A stretch of DNA of 59,840 nucleotides, filler included, from Jimgerdemannia flammicorona (Eukaryota), in assembly GCA_003990765.1 (NCBI GenBank). It is 3 parts of 3 records of this genome, joined end to end, with 100 filler letters (N's around TTAATTAATTAA, not from the genome) between each part and the next. Parts side by side here need not be neighbours in the genome. Positions count along the whole stretch, not along the records: positions 1 to 19,882 come from RBNJ01001813.1; positions 19,983 to 39,862 come from RBNJ01001814.1; 1 more part is not named here. The stretch is one strand, 5' to 3'. This document shows, one piece after another, positions 13,601 to 26,251 of this stretch; the stretch's first letter is position 1; the number at the start of each line of letters is the position of its first letter. The translations under genes were made by a program, and so were the position numbers. The notes beneath the pieces are model-generated. The model did no database searches. It saw only the letters and a program-made list of their open reading frames with translations, and was not told the DNA's origin.

Positions 13601-16600
13601 TCTCTCCTTTCTTGGTCCATCCTGTGCCCCACCTTGTGCCATCTTGCTTCCCTCCACCCAGACACTCTCATGCAATCCCACTCTCCCATCTCCTGAGCTG
13701 CTGCCTGCCCCACCACCACTCAACTTCACCAGCAGCTCCTTCTGGATTCTCCTCCCCTACATCTTCTCTCAGGTCACCCGATCCATCCTGACCCTCTTCC
13801 CATCGACTACTTCTACCACTGTCTTGGCCTCATACTCCTTCCAAGCCAATCTCCTCCTCTTGACCACTCCTGCCAGATCCTCCAGAGTCTCAAGCAAGTC
13901 TTCCTCCTCTTCCTGAGTTCCCTTCACCCACATGACCTTGCACTCCACTGGTCTCCACTTCAGAGTTACTGGCCAGTCCCTTGTCTTCCCCATGTTCTCT
14001 TTTCCAGCTAGCCTTACCTGGATGTCGACATCACCAGTCCAGAGCTCTGTACCCTCCCAGACCTTGAACCCAATATCCACAATCTCCCCATACTCCTTGA
14101 TCACCCCCACAATCAACTACCTGGTCCTCTCCCTTGATACTGTAGGAAGATCCAACACTGTCAACTGCACCACTCAGGGGTTCCAGCACATGCACCTGGC
14201 CATAGGGACCACAACCCTGCCCACTGTTACCCCCTTCTCTATGGTAGCCAGCAATGCTTCTTCTTCCTTAAACTCCACCTCAATCCCTTCTTTCCTCTTC
14301 AAAAACTTCACTGATGCTGCCCCTTTTGCCTCCTGCACCACCAGCCCCAAGATCATTCTCACAGTTACTGCCAAGCCCCTGAAACACATTGTGATGGTGA
14401 ATTCTGACCTTGATTTCTTGAGTAACAGTACTGACACCATGTCCATCACCCCATTCACCAGATCCCCAAGCCTCATGCCCACCCCCTGTCCTGAACCATC
14501 AACTGCCATTATATTTGGATTTTTTTCAGATCCCCAATCACAGCTCCATCAACAGTCACATCTCCAGCCCTTACTCCCCTCCCTCCCCTACTGCCAGACA
14601 CTCCTCTGGGCACTCCTCTCTGTCCTCCAGCAGCAGTCATTGATGCCTTCCCCAGGCCCAGCCAATCATCCAGACTAGAGGCCATTCTTCCCATCTTGAT
14701 CTTGTCTGCAAAGGTCAATCTCTCTCCTCCTTGTTGCCTCAGGCTGCCCCTCCCTCCACCACCAGTACCTCAACCAGCCATAGAGGCCCCTGGCATCCCC
14801 AAACCATCTCCCCTCCTCTCCACTCACTGCCAGCCAAAGACACCACCACCTCTCTGGCCAGCATACTCACCAGTTCAATCATTGCCATCCATGTCAATAG
14901 TTGTCTATCCTAACACTAGAGTCTCACACTTATACCAGTTCAGCTTGGTACCAGAGTACTCCTCATATCATTCCACAGCTCTCTTCAGTGTGACTACAGC
15001 CCAGCCCAATTAATATATCATCAGCAAAGGCTCCAATCTTCCAATTCACTTCAAGAATATTTAACCCCCCCATCTTGTACCTAATCCTATCCAACAGAGA
15101 CTCCAGAGAAAGAGCATAAAGGATTAGTGATAGTTGATCTCTTTGTAGCACTCCTTTGCCCAGAGAAAATGAAATCTCTCTATATTTATTTACCAATATT
15201 GCTGCCTAACTTCTCTCCAATAACCTGATTAAAGATAGTCTGAACTCTGGGGGAACCCCTATATACTTCAGTACCCCTGCCAGTCATACTTACTGGACCC
15301 TATCATATGCCTTCTCCTGGTTCAGAAAAACTAGCTAATTATCTACCCCTGTAGTCTATATATCTTAAATAACTCCATACACTCAAGCTGTTCTATCTCT
15401 TATCAAGCATTCCCTAATGAAGCCTCTCTGTTCTGCCTCTAGCACCTGCTGAGCTATCTCTTATAGTCTAGCCACTAATATCTTCATAACCAATGTATAA
15501 ATCTATATTCAAAAACATAATCAGCCTCCAGTTCTTCTACTCCTCCTGTCTCCTCTTATTCTTATATAGTAAAGCTACTAGTTCTAGATAGTGTCCCCCA
15601 ATTCACTCCCCTGATCCAATAATCTCATGATACATCTATGTCATCTCCTCCAAAGCTAACTCAATACTTGCTATTCTCTTCCAGAAATCCCAAGGTAGAC
15701 TATCCTCTCCAGGAGCTGTTCTGAGACTTATTGTTGTCAAAACCCTACATATCTCCCCACCTTGGACAGATATGCCAAAGTCCCCTAGGCTCTCTACTGA
15801 GTCTGGGCATCAATCCTCCAGATGCTGTTCAATGTCCAGGACATCTTTCCCATCTTTCTCTTCACTCTACAAATGTTCCCACCATGAGCTCAATGGGTCC
15901 AAGATCTCTGAAATTCCAACCACCATCTCTTCTGCCTCATCCAATATACCCTCCCACTATTGTCTCACCCTCCTTACCCAAAGAAATCTTAACAGAAACT
16001 TCATAGATTGCTCCCCCTCTTCTATACTCTGCCATCTCAACTGAGCTACTATACTTTTCACCTATAGATTTTTCTCCTGCCTCAGCATCTCCTTCAGCTC
16101 CTCTATCTCAAGCTGGACCCACTGAACTCTTCAATCTCCATCTTCTCCATTGTTTAGTAAATTTGCCCAGGTCATCAACAACTTCTCCAATCTCTAAGAG
16201 ACCTACCTTAAACAGTTCCTCTTCTTATTACCCCTCACCTTTCCTATCTTCCCCCAGAAGCTTTGAGCCTCTAATTTCAAATACTGCCACCAGTCTCCAA
16301 TCTCCAGCCCTCTCACTCTAGTTAAGAATTTTGGAATTTATTTTCACCACCTATACATCCTATAATGAGAGCTATCCCAGCAATGTGATATTTAGGCACT
16401 AATGTCCAGGCCCTTTCTCACTTCCCCCAAACCTCTTACAATCCAGCAGACCCCAATGATCAGACCTTGGGCATCAAATCATCTGTAGAGAACTCCAAAC
16501 ATCCTCTCTTCAATACTCTGCAGTCAAGATCCAGTCAATCCTTGAGCTCAATCCTGCTACCTAGTGAGTATAGACTCTATAATCTCTTTACCCAAGTTAC

Positions 16601-19145
16601 CCTGCATTTATCAAAGAGCTCAATCTTTTAATCTCCTCTCAGCCTTCTACACCTTTGCTCCTACCAGCCATCCCCCTCTCTCTAACAGTTCTGTTCAACT
16701 ATCTATCTCAATATATTGAAGTCTCTACCCAAATAGTTAATCTCTGCCTCTGCCATCACTCCTACATCTTAGAGTTCTCTTATCCACTCTACATACTCTC
16801 CTCTTTCTGCAGGGCAGTAATAAGACCCAATAGTTAAAGGGCTCCAGCCTGGCTCTACCATATCCTCTCTCCTATATTACTCTGTATCTCTAATTTTCAA
16901 TGTCCCTTATATCTCCTTTGCCCTTCTGAACCAAAATTCCCACCCAACTCTGCCTAACAGCTGCTCTACCCCATTCTCTCATCCAGTCTAGTCTGTCCAA
17001 GTCTACATCACATTTAATATCCTGCAGCAGAAACAGATCTGCATCTAGCTCCTTTAACTAGTAGAAAATATTCTGACATCTTATCAAACTCTATAACCTA
17101 TTGATATTTAAAGATAGAATTCTAGTTGTACTGTTCATATTAAATAATTATTATGAAGAAAGTTATCCACTCTACAATTCCATACTCACCATATCACTAG
17201 TAATATCCAGGTTCCTCTCTATCTCAAGCTCCTCAGTCTCCTCTTGCTGGACATCTAGAGCTACCAAGATCTCCTGATAGTCCTCACCATCCACAGTTTC
17301 TATGATAGACTGATACTTCTCACACACTATCTGCTACATTACTAACTACTTCCTAGATAGGCTATACAGTCATTCATAATCTCCAGAAGTACTGCCTCTC
17401 TGTTGCCATCTATCTCATACTCCTCTGCCTCCAACAGACCTACCATCAGCTCATCTTGAAGCTTCTGCACTACCTCTTCTCCTCTCAGAACCTCCCTCCA
17501 GTACCTCTTACTAATTATCTGAAAGTCTACCTCACCTAACTCATCTGTAGTAATATTCATCATTATCTTCTACAACCATCTCTCCTTTTCTATAGCCTCA
17601 TCCACTCTATAGACTATCTCCTACTCCCCAGTCCCTTGACTGCTAACAGCATCTGCTCTCACCAACTTATCCCAGTCTTTCTCTAGTATATTCTACAGCT
17701 TATTAGTTTCCTCTTTCTCTATAGACATATTATACTGAACTTAAGTCACCTCCACTATCACCTTATTCTCAACCACTGTACCTTGTCCTGAGTCTCCTCT
17801 TTTCTCCAGGGTCACCTTCATCACCATCCCCTTCTCTCCTGCCTAAGTACTAACCCTCAATCTAACTTCATTAGTAACATTCTCTCCCTCTGGCTGCCCT
17901 CCCAACTTTGCCAGTAAATTCTTCTGATACTTCCTCTCTTATACCCTCTCTCAGATAGTCTGATCCAGCTACACACACTTGTCATTTACTATCTCTACCA
18001 CTATCTTAGCCTCAAACTCCTTCCAGACTAATCTTCTCTTCTCAATAGTCCTGGTCAGATCCTCTAATACCTCCAGCAAGTCCTCTTCCACCTCTGGCAT
18101 CTCTTTGATCCTTGAGACCTTATACTCCACTAGTCCTTACTTAAATACTACCAGCTAATATCTTTCTTTTCCAGTATTCTTCTTGTCTACCAACCTTACC
18201 CTGATATCCATATTCTCAGTTCTGAACTCTATACCCTTCCAGACCCAGAAACCAACATCCACCACATCTCTATACTACTTAATGACATTGATAATCAGCT
18301 CCCTAGCCTCTCCCTTCTTTTTTATAGATACATTCACCACCACCAGCTGTACTACCTGAAGGTCTCAGCATAAGTACCAAGCAATAGAGATAGCTATCTC
18401 TCTTACTACTACTCTTTTCTCCAATGCTCCCAACATCAACTCCTCCTTCTTGAACCCCACCCCACTTTCTCCAGTCTCTTCAAGAACTTTACCAAGGTAG
18501 CTCCTCTCACCTCCTGAGCCAGCAGCCCCAAAACTATTCTTGCTATAATTACTAAGCTCCAGAAGTACAATATGATGGTAAATTTGGACACCAATTTCTT
18601 GAGTAATAGTGCTGCCACTAGGTCTATTATACCATCAATCAGATCTCCAGACCTTATGCTCTGCCCCTGTCCAGCCCCACTATCAGCTGTCACATCTGGA
18701 TTTTTTTCCAGATTAGCAGTCTTTTCTTCATCAGCAGTCCTGCTCTCTCCAGCTACTATTTCCCTAGCTCTGTCACTACTACTCCCTGAGGCCTCTCTAC
18801 CAGACCCTATAGCCTCCTCCTTTTCCTTATTTCTCTATAGCCAGATCTTCAAGCCTGTTGATGATTACTCAGCCTTGATCTTGTCAGCAAAGCTCACTCT
18901 TTCAGTCTCTTGTCTCATAGTACCACCCCTCCCCTTTAATGTCCACCAGCTAGCAAGCCCAACAGACTTCCCCCCAAGCTATGATTTCTCCCCACATGCT
19001 GCCAGTTGAATATACTAGGGTCACTCTGGCCAGCACACTCCTCTAATCACTCATTAGTTACTATGTTGTTATTATCTTTACTCCAAAAACTATGTTGAAA
19101 GTATTGTTAGAAGTTTGTATAATATAAATTATAGTAGAGAGAGCT
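7670..19145 (-). mobile_element. near full-length decayed LINE A (ORF1 plus APE-RT ORF2), split by LINE B at 9192-14907
   Basis: The family 3' end CAAGTGACTATAA lies on the minus strand at about 7685-7697. RT motifs GVLQRDQLSLILYALSLE..GAFADD at 14963-15196. ORF1 remnants at 17342-18900 are homologous to ORF1 of LINE B. Confidence 0.8.
9192..14907 (-). mobile_element. near full-length LINE B (L1/Tx1-like): ORF1 about 14718-12977, ORF2 about 12950-9380
   Basis: Poly(T) at 9192-9225. 18-bp TSD TCCTAACACTAGAGTCTC at 9174-9191 and 14908-14925. APE start FSLNMNGL..FLL*DVH. RT motifs FLDQEKVYDRV, PQGDPLSPILY and AFVDD. Confidence 0.9.
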
Positions 19146-19400
19146 GTTAACTAAGTATATAAGGTAAAGGCAAAGATCTTTTTACTTATTGATCTTATAT
19201 TTGGATATCACCAAATTTGTATCAAGAAAGAAAATATCTCAAAAACAGTATTTTAAATAAGATTCAGATACTATAAAGTCTATATAATACAATTCAGTCT
19301 AACTAATATACCAGTAACCTTTCAGATACTGATGAATAATTTATTTTAAAAATATCTTAGAATATTTGTCCTAGTATATCTAGATGATATCCTAATATAT

Positions 19401-19882
19401 TATAATGTGCCAGCTCAATAGAGGCAAATTACAAGGTTGGGGATTGATGTAGTTTGGCTTGAGCCCCCAGTTACTTTGTCAAAAAGTAACAAAATGTTCT
19501 AAGATTCCTGAGGTCCTTGGTGTTTAGTGGTATAATAGTTAAAGCTGGATATCTGTGAGTGATTTGTGTGTTGATTTCCTAATTGAGACAGTTCTTTAGG
19601 TGTAGTAGCGATTTGTGTAAATGGGTTTCCTTCTTGGGTCAACTGGGAATATCACAATTCATGTAGCAAGGCAATTTCCAAAAGTATCCAATTTCTGGAT
19701 GATAGCTTTGGTGCAACAATCTCCATGTAGCATGATGATCTTGATGCGACAATCTTGGGGTAGCACAATGGGTTCCTTATATGGACGTTCTGAGAATTTG
19801 GTGGATAACTCAATTTGACTCACTGGGAATAGAGGATGGCACAGATTCTTCTATACCAGGCTTACTTTTTTTTTTTTTTTTT
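19401..19882. repeat. LTR-like repeat family (TGTAACGTGCCGGCTCAATGGAGG...), copy interrupting the Gypsy RT
   Basis: Near-identical to 59714-59840 and to a more decayed copy at 40439. All three begin at the same TG/TA boundary. Confidence 0.65.
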
Positions 19883-19982
19883 NNNNNNNNNNNNNNNNNN
19901 NNNNNNNNNNNNNNNNNNNNNNNNNNTTAATTAATTAANNNNNNNNNNNNNNNNNNNNNNNNNNNNNNNNNNNNNNNNNNNN
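19883..19982. other. artificial 100-nt linker/gap
   Basis: N44-TTAATTAATTAA-N44 (stop codons in all six frames). Confidence 0.97.
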
Positions 19983-20938
19983 GCAACTATTTAATGTAAA
20001 CTCGGCTAAATTATGTAAACTTGAACTACCAAGCTTGTGGCTGAGACCAGAGCGAATTGTTCAGGGCGATGCTAAGGTTTGTCCTTTGTAAAAGGGAGTC
20101 GAGAAGCATGGACACTCTGGCTTTTAGAGTTGCTCTTTTATGCCAGAACATTTCCTTATAACCTGTCGAGATACTGTTGGTTATTTCGGTCTGCATGCTA
20201 AGCCTGAATGAATCGGTTTCCCAAACACGAACCCCTTTATAAAAAATAAAAAATAAAAAATAAAAAAAGTGTGTTCTCGTGCATTACATACCGTCCATGA
20301 GGCTGCCAGTGTTAAGCAGATGCTGAAATGACTGACCTTGCCGCCTTCTTATGCAAATATTGCGAATGGAGTGATCACGTCTACATTGGATTGGGGCGTA
20401 TCGGCGCAGTTGTCACAGTCTTTTTGAGAAAAATATGTCGCCGCAACCGTATGCAACAAAACACATTTATATCGGAGGTTTGGCTCAGAGTTATTGCATA
20501 CACACGATCGTATCTCAAATATCGAGACGAAGAAGCCTCCTTTACGCCAAGCTTGTCACCCCAATATTCCCGGATGGACGAGGCGCCGTAGGCGCCGAAG
20601 TCTGTCCCAGACTTTACGAGCTTTGGGAGGACCGTGAAGAGTTGGTTTCTGCCATCCTGAAAGCGTTGGCATGCTTTATTTTGTCTTAAACATGGGTTTA
20701 TCCATGCGAATTTCCTTCTGTCTAAGACATATATGTATGAGACATTTCATGTAAAACATGGTAATAAGAGAACATCTTGACTCCCATGGAGTCCCTTAGC
20801 CTAGAAAGCTTGGCATGTGAGCCAGGAACACCTGAAGGGAAATATAGGAAAAAACCAGCTGGTGAAGCACAGCCAAAAATAGGAAAATGAAATATACCCA
20901 AAGAAAAATGAAAGAAGGGTCGGGAATGGGTGGGAAAT

Positions 20939-21050
20939 CAACTCTTCACGGTCCTCCCAAAGCTCGTAAAGTCTGGGACAGACTTCAGCACCTACGGTGC
21001 CTCATCTATCCAGGACTAAGCATCACTTTGTTCTGGACTGTTTCAGAGTT
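20939..21050. repeat. DIRS internal complementary region (ICR)
   Basis: 20939-21015 is the reverse complement of 20568-20644, and 21016-21050 is the reverse complement of about 25351-25385. Together they copy the circle junction. Confidence 0.85.
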
Positions 21051-21129
21051 GGTTGTTTGTAGATCTGATATGAGTGGAGCATCTGGCCAGGGGTGTGCTG
21101 ATGGCCATGACTTTACTCTTGTATTTGAG

Positions 21130-22050
21130 GACCATATAAATAAGAGAAGTGGTCTGAGCAGATTGTGAAAGAACTGGCATCTGGTGTAGTAGATGATAGT
21201 GGCATTCAAACGTAGTTTTGGAACTCCAATTGCTGCTCTTGAGGACTTTGTTGATGGGCGTACCTCCTTCCAGGGCTTCAGTGGAGAATTCAGCCCAAAT
21301 AGAGTGAGGGTGATGAACCGGATCAATACCCATAGCTGCCATGTATTCGGAAAACCAATTTCGAAGGTGGTCAGATATAAGGTTGTGATGGGGAGAGCAC
21401 ATACTGATGAACAGGCAGTTGCCATTTATCCATGGGTGGAGGGGATCCATCTTGGAAAACCCAGTATACAGGGCACATATTTTTGTCCTCCAAGAGGGCT
21501 GGAATGAGACAAGAGATCTTGGTGGTGACATCAGGGGTACATTCCTTCATCATGTTGGTAGTTAGGACTATTTCAATGGGCCAATCGCTGATGCCACTGC
21601 AAAAACTGATAGTTGCCCGGCATTTCACAAAATCGCTCACCACCTACCAGGAGGTGCATAGGGTGAGAAGAGCATGTGTTTTCTTACCACAAAGTACATA
21701 TTACTGGATGGAGTTGTAGGGGCCCAGGGAAGCTAGCTACTGAATAAGGGTGGTAATGTCCCATCAGGTGGCCTTGTCTTTTGAGAGAGGGGGTTAAAGA
21801 TTCACAGTACCCTGGATCAGACAGGAGATGGTCAGAAGGTTGGAGAAATGAACACTGTTCATCATGGGGGTCCACCGGCCAATGGCGGTATGGATGCTCT
21901 GAAGCTGATATGTGCTCATCCCTTTCTTGAAAAGCTGAGCCAAGCAGTTAGTACATTGCTCAGTAGAAGCTCATAAGGGATTGATACATTGTTGATGGTA
22001 CCAATAGATAAATTATTGGTATACTGACTCATAGTTCTTATATGAGGATA
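21130..22050 (-). pseudogene. DIRS tyrosine recombinase (frameshifted)
   Basis: ..EDKNMCPVYW.., HSIWA (HSxRA with CGG>TGG) and NWSSKTTFECHYH with the C-terminal catalytic Tyr pattern of DIRS YRs. Confidence 0.8.
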
Positions 22051-22214
22051 TCTATATACTGGCTCAGATGAGTTTGTGAGCCTGTGGCACCAGTTCTGCA
22101 GTATCAGGAGATTGCTGCTGATTTGCCATACTAGAGCATCCTAGTGTATCATCTATATCATTGTCATCATTGTCATTGTCATCAGGAGATAATAAAGAAG
22201 AAGAATGGGGGGAG

Positions 22215-22490
22215 TGGTTATCATTTCCAGGAGTTTGGGCCACTAGCTCTATCATTGCCAAAATGATATAATGAGGACTAGGCAAGCATACCTGTTCTCC
22301 TTAACCTTGCATAGTGTGCAGTTGAGGAGGATCCATGGCAGATTTGCATAAGTACCAGAGATCAGCCATTGATGTTGGAAAACATTGGTGTCCAGGGCCT
22401 CAGGGTCTACCTGCCAGCTATAGAAGAGGGGGTCTGGATCATTGTCTGTGATGTGAAGAGGTCCTGGTGTATGGGACTCCAATAGAGGAG
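22215..22490 (-). pseudogene. DIRS DNA N6-adenine methyltransferase-like (MT) domain
   Basis: QDLFTS..FYSW..DPEALDTNVF..W....YANLPW.LL...L.KV; NLPW is NPPW after one C>T change. It sits directly after RH, as in DIRS-1-like pol. Confidence 0.75.
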
Positions 22491-25400
22491 ATGATGGAAT
22501 ATCATTGGGTTGAGTTGCCATTCGTTTGGGCTGGGGCAGATACAGTTCAGAAAATTGGCATGCATGTTTTTGATCCTAGAGATGTATTCAGCAAAGAGGT
22601 ATATCCTCCTCATCATATAGATGTAGTGTATCTTGGTGGCAATCTCATTCAGGTAGAGGAGAGAGCCCTCTTACTTGTTGATAAAAGCTCTTATGGTCAT
22701 GTTATCCATCCGAATGAGGACCATGTGGCCCTCTCAATAGTGGTTGTTGATCTGGAGCATGAACAGGACTGTCTTGAGTTCACAGTAGTTGATGGAGTGG
22801 CATCATTCCACAGGGGTGTAAGTGCCCATCGCTTGCTGTGTCGCTTGGCTGGTGGACATGGAAGTAGTGATTTTGAAGCTCCAATCTAGGTCACTGGTAT
22901 CTGTATTGACTGTGACCTTGGAGTGTTCAGTAAGTAGGGACCGACCATTCCAGCTGGAGAGCTTGAGAGACCACCAATAGAGGTCCTCCTGAGATGTTGG
23001 AGAGATGTATATAAGACCATTCCAGTTGTGGTTATTGGCATTAAGGGAGTCCTGGATGTCCTGAATGAGAGACCATACTCAAAACTGGGCTGGAAAGATT
23101 ACCTGTACTGTAGAGTTGCAAAGACCAACTAGCAATACCATCTTGTATATAGGGATCATGGTTGACAGTTGGAGGAGAGATATAGATTCCTTGCAGATCT
23201 TGTATACCTTATCCTTAGGTAAGCAGAGTTCCATGTTCATGGTATTGACCAGGAACCCCAGGAATGTCTGTTACTGCATGGGTTCCTATATGTATTTTAT
23301 TGGGTGTAGAAGAAAGCCCAATATCTCCAGATGGTCACGAACGATCCTCCTATATCAGAGTGCTTCGTCTCTCATAGAGGCCAGGAGATATATATCATCA
23401 ATGTAATAGATGAGCCAGACACCCCTTGCTTGGAGAGGCTCCAGAACCACTACCATCATCTTCATCCAGATGTATGGAGCAGATGACAGACCAAACAGCA
23501 TAGTATGGAATTTCCAGTTGATCTTCCACCACTAAAAGGTGAGGAACTATTGATTGGCTGGGTGTAAGGGAATGTGTAGGTAGGTATCCTTTATATTGAT
23601 CTTGATGAGGTGGTCACCAGGCCAGACTATATGGCATAGGGTCTGGATACCTTCTATCTTGAAGTACAATTGCCTCATGAACTCATTCAGTGAATGGGTA
23701 TTGAGGCAGGCTTGGTTCTTGTCAATCTGGGGGATTGTGAAGATATTGGAGAAGAAGAGCAGCTCTCCATCCTGGGTGGGGTAAATGGCCTCCTTGTCCT
23801 GAAACTCAGTGATAGCAGTGTCTACCAGGGCCTTCTCTATTGCTGACATACCCTTCTTATAGAAGAACCTGGGTTCAGTCCAGAGTGGGGTCAGGGGTTG
23901 TAATCATTTGATGTGGTTCTTACTATAGGCTATATTGATGACCCAGCAGTCGATGCCCATAGTTGTCCAAACAGTCTTGGGGACCTGGGCTAACTGTGCC
24001 CCCACCTTTGAGATAATATTTGAGGTCTTGGGGGTGATAGTATGGTAGATCAATTGGTCCTTTAGAGTTGAGCAGCAGGTGTTGATATGCTGTTGCCCAG
24101 ATTCAGAGCTCAGTACTGGAAACCTCCTTGGCTGTATATACTCAGAGTGTGGTTCTGGGAGCTCTGTTGTTGAGAATTTTGATAGTTGAAGTAATGGCTA
24201 CCCCAGGACCCATTTCCCCAGCCATGACCATCAGGACCATGGGATGGGGTTGGATTACCTCTTGGTTTGGAGGTTGTCTTGACCATGAGGAGATGCTTGT
24301 GGTGTTTGGTGTCATCATAAAAATAGCGGATAAATTTAGTACCAAACAGGTTGCCATCATACTCAGAGCCAGAAGCCACTGTGTGGCAGGTGGAGATGAG
24401 GGCAGGTGACCATCTTGTGGATTTGGCTAGTTCAATGCAGTGGCAGATATGGATATGTTCTACTTCATAGAATCTGATCCAGAGAGAGTCTTGCAGTTTT
24501 TCCACCAAAGGGAGAATAACAGTATTATGGACCAGTCCATGGTAGTAGAGATCAGCTCTATCAGAGCAAGGTTCAAGGGCCTGGAGGGTGATGGTGATGG
24601 GCCAGAGGGTGTTGTAGATTGCTTGTTGGGTGTCAGCAAGAACCTTGTCTACTTCTTTGGTGGATTTTCTGAAATCATCTGTGAATGCTTTGTCAATAGA
24701 GGGGGTATAGAGAACACCCCATTTGGGTTTGGGGTTTCAATGGAGGAGTTTCTTGAAACTGGTGAAGAAGAGGTATACTTTGATATATTCTGGTGGAATG
24801 GTATCAGTGAATGTGGGAGATATGTAATATCTCCTGATGGTCCAAGACTTGGCTGCTGTGAGGAATTCATCATCACTGCTGTTGACATCATTGTGGAGGT
24901 CCATACCATCAGAATTCCCATTGAGTCCAAGGACTACAGGGACGGAATGTCAGGAATTCCAAAGGAAAAGGGCATCAATGAGGCTTTATTGGTCATCTGG
25001 TTTGTGATCTCTGGATCCAGCAGAGGAGGGCAGAGGCTGACTGTGACAGCCTCAGTGATCTGGCAAAGGAACTCGGTACACTTGACCAGGGCAGCCTGTT
25101 GTTGTTGAAGGAGTTGTTCATTGCTCATAGTAATGTAATAAAAAAAGATTCTGTGGATCATAAGAAGAGGCGAACTGCCAAGCTTTCAAAATGACTAAGA
25201 GACTCTATGGGAGTCAAGATATTCTTTTATTACCATATTTTACATGAAATGTCTCATATATATATGTCTTAGACAGAAGGAAATTCGCATAGATAAACCC
25301 ATGTTTAAGACAAAATAAAGTATATCAATGCTTTCAGGATGGCAGAAATAAACTCTGAAATGGTCTGGAACAAAGCAATACTTTGTCACTTTTTCTTCTT

Positions 25401-25866
25401 CTTCTTTTAGCTGCATTGGAATTTGTATTGCATGCAACTTGCCATTGAGGTTGTGATTAAATCCATTTTTACTGTAGAAGTGGTTGTGGCTGAAACAAAT
25501 TCAGTTCAGCCCATGTGACTACAGAGTTGACAGGTCATAAGACATACAAGCATACACTAGTGAAAAGTGCAGTTATAGTGTCAAAAGGATAATTGGTATA
25601 GTGTAAAGAGTAACCCATGTATGCTAGTCTATTGTAACCCTTCTTGTAGAACAAGCTTTCTATGCCTTGGTACATAGTTGCACAACTATCTTTGTCTAAT
25701 GTTGCCCAGTAGGTTTGATGGTAGAAATCAACATGGTTAAAATACAAGTAATCTTTTCTCTATATTGTTAATAGCCATTAAGGCTGCAGTCAAAACTTGA
25801 GTCAGAAGGTTAGCATTTTGGTGATTAAAATGACATTGTGATTAATTTAAACATAATGCTTATATT

Positions 25867-26251
25867 TTAGATTAATGCAACAGTTCTGAGCTGTATATTT
25901 TAAGCAAAGATCTCTGGTACCTTATTTTCATTTGCTACCATATGCAAAGCAATGAAGCAGATATTTCTGGTAGCATTGATATCTCTGTTTTAGACGATAG
26001 CACATTCTTTATATTTGAGTATAGTATGCAGAGAGTTACTCTTAGTATAGATATATTTCAAGGTTATGATTTGATACTTGGAGTATACTTTAGAAGATCA
26101 AAATTCAGAAATATTGATGAGTACCAAATTGTCTAAGTAGTCATATCACCAGAGAGTATGAAACAACTCTCATGAGATATCAGTCATCTTCTCTTTTATT
26201 ATAGATGAGAATGTATTATCTCTAAAGATTACAATAGTGAATTTTAGTTTA
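25867..26251 (-). pseudogene. Fanzor1 (TnpB-like RNA-guided nuclease), C-terminal RuvC-II / Zn finger / RuvC-III relic
   Basis: Single frame reading TIVIFRDNTFSSIIKE..LVLINISEF*SSKVYSKY..LHTILKYKECAIV*NRDINATRNI..VPEIFA. Reversing transitions gives IV.FGD.F....KG..I.EFRSSKVCSKC..LH.ILKCKEC..WNRD.NAARNI. Confidence 0.85.

Larger units (their letters stand above)
1620..19400 (+). mobile_element. heavily decayed Ty3/Gypsy element (gag, Zn knuckle, dUTPase, Cys/His module, protease, RT), fragmented by LINE insertions; 5' boundary uncertain
   Basis: Gag-like remnant at about 3300-3600. Zn knuckle GVCFYYKKIRHIFYKY across the 3797/4937 TSD. Protease INRNSIEILINSRVSK (ancestral LIDSGAS) at about 6808-6855. 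RT ELETLKK*LADLSNKGLI.. at 7468-7668 resumes as AKIFLLIDL..YHQI..FVLVYLDDILIY at about 19168-19400. Confidence 0.8.
20568..25385 (-). mobile_element. DIRS-1-like tyrosine-recombinase retrotransposon, structurally complete but decayed
   Basis: Inverted terminal repeats at about 20638-20815 and 25176-25356, and an ICR at 20939-21050. On the minus strand: gag-like ORF (about 25160-24110), RT (FFSNIFTIP..LNEF..FKIEGI..LIKINIKDTYLHIP..YYIDD), RH, methyltransferase and YR. Confidence 0.9.

Noticed and set aside
11338..15013. Long plus-strand Ser/Pro-rich ORFs (likewise 24440-25108 and the minus-strand ORFs inside 32000-36800)
   Set aside because: Antisense shadows of LINE, DIRS and Gypsy coding strands with skewed base composition.
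25535..25747. 70-aa minus-strand ORF between the DIRS element and the Fanzor relic
   Set aside because: No recognisable motif and no ATG start, so it cannot be supported as a gene.
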